DNA of 64,000 bases from Candidatus Poribacteria bacterium. GTDB lineage: Bacteria; Poribacteria; WGA-4E; JAJDTR01. Shown piece by piece: positions 19,384 to 28,491 of this stretch (position 1 is the first letter of the stretch; each line of letters begins with the position of its first letter). The DNA lies in the NCBI GenBank assembly GCA_965222225.1, contig CBDCTK010000002.1, forward strand, positions 992,001-1,056,000. Direction: 5' to 3'. A model generated the notes under the pieces. That model was not told where the DNA came from. It searched no databases and worked only from the letters and a program-made list of their open reading frames with translations. The translations under genes and the position numbers were made by a program.

Positions 19384-19963
19384 CAAACACGCAAGCGGTG
19401 TCATCTACCTTTCTGTCATTTGCGTAAGTGTGCTCTTGGCTACTGTATTTTTGGCGAGTTGCACACAGGAGCGAAAAGAAGCGCCGAAACCCAAAGCGCG
19501 TAAGACTAGAATTCAATCAGCCCCAAGAGAGAAACCGCTAGAGGCTGATATCCGAAATCTCACGGCTTTCATCAAGACCGACAAAGGAGATCTTGAGATA
19601 GAGTTTTATGCCGACGATGCCCCCCAAACGGCTAAAAACTTCGCGAAGAACGTGCGGCTGAAATTCTACGATGGTGAGCCCTTTCATCGTGTCGAGGCGG
19701 GCAAACTCATTCAAGCCGGCTCCGTTCAGTTAAATGAAACCATGCCGTTAGAAACGAGTAACCAACAGTATAAACGAGGGGCGGTTGCAATGGCGGGCGA
19801 CGGTGCAGAATCCCACGCTTCCGAGTTTTACATCTGTCTTGACACGCTTGAGACTGACGAACCACACACAATCTTTGGGCGAGTTGTCAACGGACTTGAT
19901 GTATTAGACAAAATTGAGCAGAATGACAAAATTGTGTCTGCAACTCTCCGTTCCAAAGAGTAG
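19367..19963 (+). CDS. Second, divergent cyclophilin-type PPIase, lipoprotein
   Basis: Lipobox LASC, AP.TAKNF, FYDG..FHRV, GAVAMA, HTIFGRVV.GLDVLDKI; SD GGAGG inside the upstream gene. Confidence 0.85.
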   Translation: MSNLNSKHASGVIYLSVICVSVLLATVFLASCTQERKEAPKPKARKTRIQSAPREKPLEADIRNLTAFIKTDKGDLEIEFYADDAPQTAKNFAKNVRLKFYDGEPFHRVEAGKLIQAGSVQLNETMPLETSNQQYKRGAVAMAGDGAESHASEFYICLDTLETDEPHTIFGRVVNGLDVLDKIEQNDKIVSATLRSKE

Positions 19964-20303
19964 ACGGTAGTTATAGAGCCTGAACTTTGCACGTTCGGAG
20001 GGTTACCTTTATGAACTCCGGCGTGTGGGAGACCTTTGAAATTACTCAACATTCGAAGAATGGCAGTTTTTCAATGTGAAAAGCTGAACACACGCGGTTC
20101 CAGAATCTGTTTGGCGATTAAGTAAACCGTTACTGGGTTGCTAGCACTTGGAAAAAGAGGCGACAGCAGGAGTGGAAACAGTCGGGTGAGAGACGGCTTT
20201 GAATGCATTCAAAATCGCTAACATAGTGAGGTGTTGCTCGCGCTAATTCATGAATGTGGATGAATAAATGGTGTAGCCTAGGATACCGCAAAAGGGGGCA
20301 TTA

Positions 20304-20675
20304 GTGGCATTAACAGTAATTCGAACAGCACGTCCAAGTCCCGAGTGGCAGGAATCATACGTTCGTATCAAAAAGGGACAGCGACTCGTCATTGATACAG
20401 AGGGAGCATGGTCGCCCGATTTGGGAAACCGCGTCGGGTGGTGCGGAGGAGAGGGAGTTGCAAATACCCCCGGCGGGGAGGGTTATCTTTTTCCCGGGGC
20501 GAATGTTGGTGCCCTTCTCGCCAAAATTGACGATGTCGTTTTTGCGGTGGGTTCACGATATGATAATCCTGCCCCCGCCGATGGGGTAATCTTCCTTGCA
20601 ATGAACGAAAATCCGGAAAATAACAACCAAGCAGGGGCATTGATGACGCAAATCATCGCCTTTGGCGACGATTGA
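20304..20675 (+). CDS. LecA/PA-IL-like lectin domain protein
   Basis: 123 aa with G.W..., GALLAKI, G.IFLAMNE.P.NNNQAG pattern resembling PA-IL. Confidence 0.55.
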   Translation: MALTVIRTARPSPEWQESYVRIKKGQRLVIDTEGAWSPDLGNRVGWCGGEGVANTPGGEGYLFPGANVGALLAKIDDVVFAVGSRYDNPAPADGVIFLAMNENPENNNQAGALMTQIIAFGDD

Positions 20676-20836
20676 GCGCTCAAAAAATAGTTGAAAACTT
20701 TTTTCACGAAACTAGACCTGCCAAGATTTCAATTTGGTTGGAGGCTAATCTGATGTGCGAGTTGCCGCCGATTCGCGGTACGACGTATTCAAGGTATCCC
20801 GCTACCCGCGCATAACTGTCCAAAAAAGAGAAGACT

Positions 20837-21100
20837 ATGGCAGAAAAAGTGCCTCCACAGAGAGACGAGTCACAACTGCAACCAGCCAATTTAACTACTC
20901 TGATTTCCGAGTTTGCACTGGCGGCTTCTGCCCATTTGGGACAATTGCGGGCCTTTGAGACAGATGATATGACAATCGAATTGCTCAAGGAGAAGACGCA
21001 AGGCAATCTTGCCAATCCCGAGGGGGAATTCCTAGAGGGCACGCAGTATAATCTCAGGATGAACTATGTCCGCGCAGCACAAAATCCCCATTTGGCATAA
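20837..21100 (+). CDS. DUF1844-like protein
   Basis: A.AHLG...IELLKEKTQGNL...E..FL....YNLRMNYV pattern. Confidence 0.65.
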   Translation: MAEKVPPQRDESQLQPANLTTLISEFALAASAHLGQLRAFETDDMTIELLKEKTQGNLANPEGEFLEGTQYNLRMNYVRAAQNPHLA

Positions 21101-21224
21101 CAACCGGGCGTATCGGAAAAGAAAACCTAAGATACCGCCTCGAACACCACGCCCGTCGGGGATTGCTGACGTCCGTCAGTTTTTCCAATTGCCTTTGACC
21201 CCTTCGTATCTTTCACATATCCCC

Positions 21225-22652
21225 TTAGCGTTCCCCACAATCTCCTTTTGACCTGGAAGTGACCCGGCGGCAACCCTCTGGTGTCTGAATCTCGGATTCG
21301 ACTCTTGAAAGTAAACTATGTGCCATCAGGTATGCGGAAAACCCGATAAGCACGTGTCCTATAGCCATTCCTATAAGGAGCCCTCTGAGTCCACTTAATT
21401 TGGATCCCAAATAGGCTAATGGCAGCACGAACACGAAAAGATGAAGCAGGCTGACAAATGAAGCTCGTAATGGTTTGTTCAAGGCATTAAACGCTGAATT
21501 AACCAACCACGAAATTCCGAGGCAACCGTAGCTGATAGGGAGAATCATTAGGAAGAGAACGGCAGATTTAATTACTACGGGGTCGTCATTAAAAATGGGT
21601 GCGATAGCCTCCGCAAACGAGAACAGAATCACAAAGATCATAATTCCCCACCCCAGAGAGAATCTCAAGCCAAATCAAAGTGCTTCGCGAATCCGATCAC
21701 AGTTCCCTGCACCGTAGTTTTGACCGACAAAGGGCGAAATCGCTATTGATAAAGCGGCGACACCAATCAATGCGAGTGATTCGATTCGACTGCCGACTCC
21801 AAAAGCGGCAACCGATTCCTCCCCATATTGGACAACCATTCTTGTCAAGACCGCCATTGAAAGCGGCTCAAGTATATTTGTTCCCGCCGCAGGGAGACTG
21901 ATGCGAAGAATCTGCTTCCACGATTCAAGGCTCCGCTTTGCTGCGAATAGAGGGAGTCCAATCATCCTCTCACGCTTCCCCAAAATCCAGATTGTCGCAG
22001 CAAATGTCAGGCTCCAGGAGAGCACACTGGCTAATGCTGCGCCTCAAAGTTCGAGTCGTGGAAAAGGACCGATGCCAAATATAAGAAATGGATCCAGCAC
22101 GATGTTCGCTAGTCCGGCGATCGCCATAATTACCGCCGGGGATTTGGTATCCCCCGTCGCACGGATGGCGCCGTTACTGACGATTGGAATACCGAGTAAT
22201 CCTACGCCTAGAAACCACGGTATCATATAGTCTGAAATCAGTCCAAGCGTTTCGTCGTCAGCGCCCATTAGGGAAAAAATGCGACGTAAATTCGTCAACC
22301 CAATCATGGCAAAAAGCGTAACGATGAGAACCGATAGACCGACTACGTCAGTCGTAAGCCTTCGAACCCTATCCTGCTTGTCCTTCGCCAATGGCTCGGG
22401 AAATGGTCGACGATGCCCCATGCTGAATCCCACAGCCACACTCATCACGATATAAGTAACCGGAAATGTGAAGCCCATTGCTGCTAACGGTTTGGCGCCT
22501 AATTGCCCAACGTAGAATGTATCAACGATATTGAAAAGGAAAATTGTCACGAGACCGAACCCCATAGGGATGGCAAGTGAGACAAGGGTTTTGCCCACCG
22601 AACCTTTGAGAAGCCGCGCACTCTTCAATTTTTGAATTTTATCCGAGTCCAT
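21225..22652 (-). pseudogene. MATE-family efflux transporter interrupted by two in-frame TGA codons
   Basis: Three ORFs in one frame (IVDTFYVGQLG, RATGDTKSP, NIVLDPFLIFG, VGQNYGA) with TGA at 22044-22046 and 21675-21677, plus a compensated frameshift near 22380-22420. Confidence 0.85.
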
Positions 22653-24087
22653 AAGTCTTCCAACGGTTAGTTACCAAGTCTTTGGTCTCTTGCGACATCT
22701 CAATTTCCTCGGGCCATTCGCGCTGATAGCCTTCCTCGCGCCACTTCGTCGTTGCGTCAATGCCCATTTTGGATCCCGCGCCGATTAGTGGAGCGGCATG
22801 GTCCAACACATCAACAGGGCCTTCGACAATGGTCACATCCCGCTTTGCATCCACATTACTCCCAACGTAAAAGAATACCTCCTCCACATTTTGCACATCG
22901 ACATGCTTATCAACCACAATAACCGTCTTACTGAACATGAGTTGTCCAAGACCCCAAATGCTATGCATAATCTTCTTGGCGTGGAATGGGTAACGCTTAT
23001 CAATTGAAATAAGGCAAAAATTATGAAACACACCAAAAAGCGGAAGATTCATGTCTACCACCTCCGGTAGTTGGGTCCGAATCAAGGGCAGAAAAATACG
23101 CTCGGTTGCCTTCCCCATATAGCAATCCTCCATCGGTGGTTTGCCAACGATAATCGTCTGATAGATAGAGTTCTTCCGATGAGTGATGGCAGTAAGGTGG
23201 AAAACGGGATATTCATCCGCAAGTGAATAGAAGCCGGTATGATCTCCGAATGGACCTTCGACACAGGTTTCATCGGGCTCAATATATCCCTCAAGAATAA
23301 TATCAGCATCAGCAGGCACACTCATGTCAATGGTTTTACACTGAACCATCGGCACATTCGATTTTCGGAGGAAACCTGCAAACAGGAGCTCATCAATCCC
23401 CGTTGGCAGCGGAGCAGTTCCAATGTATGACATCACGGGATCCCCGCCGATGGCAACTGCAACCGGCATTCGCTCGCCCGCTTCACGGTATTCACGGTAA
23501 TGTGCGGCACCATCGTGATGGATTTGCCAGTGCATCGCGAGCGTTCGATCGTCAAGCCTTTGTAGACGGTATGTTCCGACGTTGCGCCGTCCCGTCTTCA
23601 GACTGTGCGTGAAAACCTGCGGAAGCGTGATGTACTTATCCGCATCAAAGGGCCAACATTTAATAATTGGCAAGGCAGCTAACGACACCTGATTGTCCGT
23701 TAATACAACCTCCTGACACGCCCCACGTTTAACGGTCTTGGGCGGAAAGTTAGCCAGTTTGGCGAGAACACCAAGGATTTTTACCTTGTCTAGAAGTGAC
23801 TCCGGGGGACCCAGTTTAATCATGCCCTCAATTTCATCGGCGACTTCGTCTAGCGTCTCTACTCCGAGCGCCATCGCCATCCGCGGATAAGATCCGAAAG
23901 CGTTTATTAGGAGTGGCATCACGCTCCCCTCCACATTCTCAAACAGCAACGCCGGTCCCCCTGTTTTGCTCACTCTATCGGTAATCTCCGCGATTTCAAG
24001 GTCGGGCGACACATTGGCTTTTATTCGTTTCAACTCACCAGCATTCTCTAAATCTTTGACAAAATCTCTTAGGCTTGAATATGCCAT
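22639..24087 (-). CDS. ubiD: UbiD-family (menaquinone biosynthesis) decarboxylase
   Basis: GPALLFENV, RNVGTYR, MHWQIHHDG, EGPFGDHTGFY, GSKMGIDAT. Confidence 0.92.
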   Translation of the reverse strand: MAYSSLRDFVKDLENAGELKRIKANVSPDLEIAEITDRVSKTGGPALLFENVEGSVMPLLINAFGSYPRMAMALGVETLDEVADEIEGMIKLGPPESLLDKVKILGVLAKLANFPPKTVKRGACQEVVLTDNQVSLAALPIIKCWPFDADKYITLPQVFTHSLKTGRRNVGTYRLQRLDDRTLAMHWQIHHDGAAHYREYREAGERMPVAVAIGGDPVMSYIGTAPLPTGIDELLFAGFLRKSNVPMVQCKTIDMSVPADADIILEGYIEPDETCVEGPFGDHTGFYSLADEYPVFHLTAITHRKNSIYQTIIVGKPPMEDCYMGKATERIFLPLIRTQLPEVVDMNLPLFGVFHNFCLISIDKRYPFHAKKIMHSIWGLGQLMFSKTVIVVDKHVDVQNVEEVFFYVGSNVDAKRDVTIVEGPVDVLDHAAPLIGAGSKMGIDATTKWREEGYQREWPEEIEMSQETKDLVTNRWKTYGLG

Positions 24088-24583
24088 TTCTTATTGGCCC
24101 TCGCAGTATGGTTTAGGCGATAACGTGCAGGTTTTTAACCTGAATTTGGAGCGATACGAAAACACCCTGAATTTTCCGGCTGAATCCGTTATTCGAAAAA
24201 TCGCAATGATACAAATGTCCGCCTTCCCGTATCAGCTACACGCAGTGACCTGAATACGCGCAGTCGAAGGCAGTTTGTACAGACTGAATTCCACGCTTGG
24301 AACGAAATTGACTGATGCCAGAAAGGTGCGGGAAATGTCGTATGCTACTACCATTTTTATGTAGTTGTAATTCACCTCAAACGTTGAGACATGATATGTT
24401 ACGGAACCCAAAAAGTCAACTACCATGTTGAACTTTCCTACATTCAGCAGCTAAGCATCAGGCAAACGAGTTGACGATTCGGTGATTGTGTGCTATTATA
24501 ATTTCGGTGGATTCATCAAAACATCCCACCGTCTATGTATCTCCATATTTTTCTAGTGCGGCGCTCAAGATGCAACAGTATAC

Positions 24584-25234
24584 ATGAATATAAAGACCCA
24601 CTTCAAGAGCACACTTCTAGCAGGTATTCTGACCCTTGTCCCGTTAGGCGTAACGTATTTCGTTTTACGCTTTTTATTTATCACACTCGATGGTTGGCTA
24701 GCGCCAGTTGTTTCACGAATCTTAGGTAAACAGTATGTCACCGGAATGGGGCTATTGGCAACCATTCTGCTTGTCTACCTAACTGGGGTGGTCGTTTCCA
24801 ACATCGTTGGAAGGAAATTGGTTGGTCTGGGCGAGCGAGTTCTTACTCGAATCCCGCTGGTGCGAGATGTGTATGCACCAGTTAGGCAGCTTGTGCAGAT
24901 GGTCTTGGGGCCAGAGCACTCAAACAAATTTAAGCGGGTCGTCGCTATTGAATCGCCAAATGGCAGCATGAGGGTCATTGGATTTGTCACCGGTCAGATG
25001 TATGAGGAGGGAAATCCTGATCCCCTCACCTCGGTTTTTGTTCCGACTAGTCCAAACCCCACAACTGGGGTGTTACTTTTCTGCAATTCGGATATCTTGT
25101 GTGAAACGAACCTGAAGCCCGAAACTGCGATGAAAATGCTGGTTTCGGGCGGAGTTGTTGCCCCAGATCGCTTTACTATTTACCGGATGTTTCACGAGAA
25201 TCAACGAGACTCGGAGAGTAAACCCGAGCTGTAA
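24584..25234 (+). CDS. DUF502 membrane protein
   Basis: RIPLVR.VY, IGFVT, VFVPTSPNPTTG, AMKMLVSGG. Confidence 0.9.
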   Translation: MNIKTHFKSTLLAGILTLVPLGVTYFVLRFLFITLDGWLAPVVSRILGKQYVTGMGLLATILLVYLTGVVVSNIVGRKLVGLGERVLTRIPLVRDVYAPVRQLVQMVLGPEHSNKFKRVVAIESPNGSMRVIGFVTGQMYEEGNPDPLTSVFVPTSPNPTTGVLLFCNSDILCETNLKPETAMKMLVSGGVVAPDRFTIYRMFHENQRDSESKPEL

Positions 25235-25271
25235 TTATCGTAGATGGTAAACCGATGGAGCAAATCTTACT

Positions 25272-26266
25272 ATGCGTGAAAGGCTATGCGGGATTCCTAT
25301 CTCTGTTGTCATCTTCTTCCTGACTCTAGGTTATTGGAATCATGTTAACGCTGATCCAATTAGGGTTGGATTAGTTTATGATACAGGGGGGCGTGGTGAT
25401 TTATCTTTTTGTGACGCCTCCTATGCCGGTGCGACAAAAGCCGCCGATCAGTGGAAAATTGAGCTTAAAGAGATTACTCCCGGACAAAGCACCGACATTG
25501 AGCGGGTTTTAAGACAACTTGCGCGACTGAAATACGATCTCATAATTGGCGTAGGTTTCCTGTTCCAAGACCCCATGTCCCGAGTGGCGCCGGACTTTCC
25601 TAACATTAATTTTGCAATCGTTGATGCAGAAGCGAACGGTTCGAACATTGTATCGTTGATTTTCAAAGCTCATGAGGGAACCTACCTCGTCGGCGCAATC
25701 GCTGCGCTGAAGACTAAGACGAACAAGATTGGCTTTGTCGGAGGAATGAATGTTCCGCTCTTGCACAGCTTTGAGGCAGGCTACCGTGCAGGTGCGAATG
25801 CGATACGCCCTAAGATTGAAGTCATGGTCGATTACGCCGGGGTAACACCGCAAGCTTTCAGCGATCCTGCGAGAGGGAAAGAGCTTGCACTTGCTCAATA
25901 CAACAAGGGGGCTGACGTGATCCTTGCAGCAGCAGGCGCGACTAGTTTGGGAATACTCGAGGCAGCCAAAGAAAAAATAAATTCATTATCTGGGTGGACG
26001 CTAACGGGAATCATCTCGCCCGAGGACTCGTTCTAACAAGCATGATTAAGGGAGTTGAACTTTCCGTTTACCAAACCATTCAGAGCGTCGTAGAAGATAA
26101 TTTTACGGGCGGTACAAAGATTTATGGACTTAAGGAGGGTGGAATTCAGTACATCGTCGACAAAGACAGCCGCAGTCTCCTGTCCGAAGATTTGCTGAGT
26201 CGAGTTGAGGATCTCAAAACCAAGATTATCGTCGGCGATATAATCGTTCCATCGGAAAGAAAATAA
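25272..26266 (+). pseudogene. BMP-family (nucleoside) ABC substrate-binding protein with a one-base frameshift
   Basis: GGRGDLSF, KIGFVGG, GADVILAAAG. Adding one A to the A6 run at 25972-25977 joins 25272..26036 to 25994..26266 (KNKFIIWVDAN...VLTSMIK). Confidence 0.8.
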
Positions 26267-26348
26267 GCCGAAACCTATCTGCAAAGCTACACGCTCTTAT
26301 AGTTCCCCTTCCGAAGCTGCCTTCCCCCGCGTTGAAGGATTTGCATCA

Positions 26349-27950
26349 ATGAACCCCACTCCATTGATTTCCATGTGCGGCATCACGAAACGGTTTGGAA
26401 CCACCGTAGCGAATGACCGGGCAGACTTTTCTCTGCAATGCGGGGAAATTCACGCAATCGTCGGTGAAAATGGGGCGGGCAAATCGACATTGATGAAAGT
26501 CCTTTATGGACTCCACCAGCCAAATGCGGGTACAATATTCTTTCGTAGTGTTCCTATCCGAATTGAGAATCCTCGAACTGCGATTCGACTGGGGATAGGA
26601 ATGGTGCAGCAACATTTCACACTCATCCCCGCTCTCACCGTGCTTGACAACATCTCTCTAGGAAAAGAGCCACGCAGGCATAAATTCCTTTCTGACCATG
26701 TTCAAGCTCGTCGCACGATAACTTCGATTGCTCAAAAACTTGGGTTCAACCTAGACCTTGATACCACGATTGAATCCCTTCCGGTTGCCATCCAACAGTA
26801 CAGTGAAATTGTCAAGACCCTCTACCACGGTGCCGACATTCTAATCCTTGATGAACCAACAGCCGTCCTTGCACCGCAAGAGGTATCCCGCTTATTCGGT
26901 TGTCTCCGCGGCTTGAAGAATGAGGGTAAGAGCGTTGTCTTAATTACCCATAAGCTTCAAGAGGTGATGGCGATTGCAGATTCCATCACAGTCATGCGCC
27001 GCGGACAATCAATTGCTTCGTTCTCCAAATCTGAAACCGACCTTGTTCAATTGTCAGAATTGATGATTGGCGAACAAGTGTCGCCAACCGCTCCTAGAGG
27101 ACGCCCTGCAGTGGTAGGGGGAAAAAACCGTGCCGCCGAGCCTCGAGCTGCCAAAAGGGACAAGCGGATGGTCCATCCAACCGCTCCGGTTCTGCGCTTA
27201 AAGGATGTCACGCTCCGTGCAGAAAACAATCGCTATCTGCTCAATCGAGTAACACTTGAAGTTTTCGGCGGGGAAATCGTAGGAATCGCCGGGGTTGAAG
27301 GAAACGGACAGAACGAACTCGTTGAGGTTCTAACTGGGTTACGTGAGATTGACGGTGGCCAAATGACGTTGAGTGGAAAATTAATTACGAACAGATCCGT
27401 AAAGGAGATTCGTGGGCTACGCCTGGCATACCTTGCAGCAGATCGTCACCGCTACGGGGTCAATCTAATGGGCCCAATAGACGAAAACTTAATCATCGGA
27501 CGCCACAACCAACCGCCCTTTTCTAGTCGCGGTCTACTTCAACCGACCGCGATTCGACATTTCGCGAGGGAAGCAATTCAGAAATACAGAATTCTCACCA
27601 CAGGAATTGATTCTCCAATTCATACTCTTTCCGGTGGAAATCAGCAGAAAATCGTCGTTGCTCGTGAGTTGGAAGGCAACCCGGAGTTTATCATCGCAGC
27701 ACATCCGACACGAGGACTGGACTTAAAGGCGACTGGATTTGTACATGAACAACTTCTTCGCGCGCGCAATTACGGGAAAAGCGTACTCTTGATCTCTCCG
27801 GACTTGGAAGAACTTTTGAGTCTGAGCGATCGAATTGCAGTGATGTTCAATGGTCAAATTGTCGACATTGTTGAGACTTCACAGACTCGTGAAACAGAAC
27901 TTGGTGCGCTAATGTTGGGTGCGGAATCGCCTGATGCCGAGACAAATTAA
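26349..27950 (+). CDS. Sugar/nucleoside ABC transporter ATP-binding protein (two ATPase domains)
   Basis: GENGAGKST, ILILDEPT, LSGGNQQK, PTRGLD. Confidence 0.93.
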   Translation: MNPTPLISMCGITKRFGTTVANDRADFSLQCGEIHAIVGENGAGKSTLMKVLYGLHQPNAGTIFFRSVPIRIENPRTAIRLGIGMVQQHFTLIPALTVLDNISLGKEPRRHKFLSDHVQARRTITSIAQKLGFNLDLDTTIESLPVAIQQYSEIVKTLYHGADILILDEPTAVLAPQEVSRLFGCLRGLKNEGKSVVLITHKLQEVMAIADSITVMRRGQSIASFSKSETDLVQLSELMIGEQVSPTAPRGRPAVVGGKNRAAEPRAAKRDKRMVHPTAPVLRLKDVTLRAENNRYLLNRVTLEVFGGEIVGIAGVEGNGQNELVEVLTGLREIDGGQMTLSGKLITNRSVKEIRGLRLAYLAADRHRYGVNLMGPIDENLIIGRHNQPPFSSRGLLQPTAIRHFAREAIQKYRILTTGIDSPIHTLSGGNQQKIVVARELEGNPEFIIAAHPTRGLDLKATGFVHEQLLRARNYGKSVLLISPDLEELLSLSDRIAVMFNGQIVDIVETSQTRETELGALMLGAESPDAETN

Positions 27951-28115
27951 CTCTATCACAACTATTGTACCGCCCAATGTTCAGACAATGCGGGTAAGGA
28001 GAGTGGCGTGCAGATAATGAACAGGACGTTCAGAAATCACACAATTCGCGAGTGTGAATCAGGTAAGAATCATGGGAATTGCCTGAATTAGCACCATTTC
28101 TACTTGGAATCGGTT

Positions 28116-28132
28116 TTGGCATAACGTTTGCA
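28116..28132 (+). promoter_or_regulatory. sigma54 (-24/-12) promoter
   Basis: TTGGCATAACGTTTGCA matches TGGCA-N6-TTGCA with exact GG-N10-GC spacing. Confidence 0.65.
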
Positions 28133-28161
28133 CGTTATTCCGAGTGGACTAGCGCGCGAAG

Positions 28162-28387
28162 ATTTCGGAGAAACATGAGGAAGTGGCGTTAGGCTCCCTC
28201 ATAGCCGTTGGCATCTTCGGAATTATCGCTTAATCGAGCTATGGCGTTACCGTCATCCCAAGAGGAATTGCGACGGCAGTGTTGATACTCTCAATTGTCG
28301 TCTGGGGATTGATGATTTGGATAGCAAATTTGGAGGAAGATATGTCATTCGGAGATTCGATCGGAGGCGATCACGGACTCTCATTGA
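28162..28387 (+). pseudogene. Decayed small membrane protein (DUF2231-like, ANLGG.IRH.EIR type)
   Basis: EKHEEVALGSLIAVGIFGIIA*...AVLILSIVVWGLMIWIANL, then a frameshift into KICHSEIRSEAITDSH*; N-terminus missing. Confidence 0.55.
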
Positions 28388-28491
28388 CAGTCAAAATGCA
28401 GACTAAAAGAGCCGACCTGATTGACAAGACCGGGAAGAATTTGCGCTGTTTCAAACTGTAACTGGAAGATTGGGGTGAAGGAGGAAAGCTT

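Noticed and set aside
22035-22052. prfB-like CTT-TGA +1 programmed frameshift in the MATE gene
   Set aside because: MATE similarity continues in frame 0, the +1 frame stops within five codons, and there is no upstream internal SD.
21225-22652. Genome-wide TGA reassignment explaining the MATE stops
   Set aside because: TGA terminates rpmJ, secY, rpsE and hisF at plausible ends in this window.
28400-28491. Cobalamin riboswitch before the TonB receptor (GGGAAG and AACTGTAA fragments)
   Set aside because: The B12 box and conserved GCCACTG / CCCGC elements are not present in the required order.
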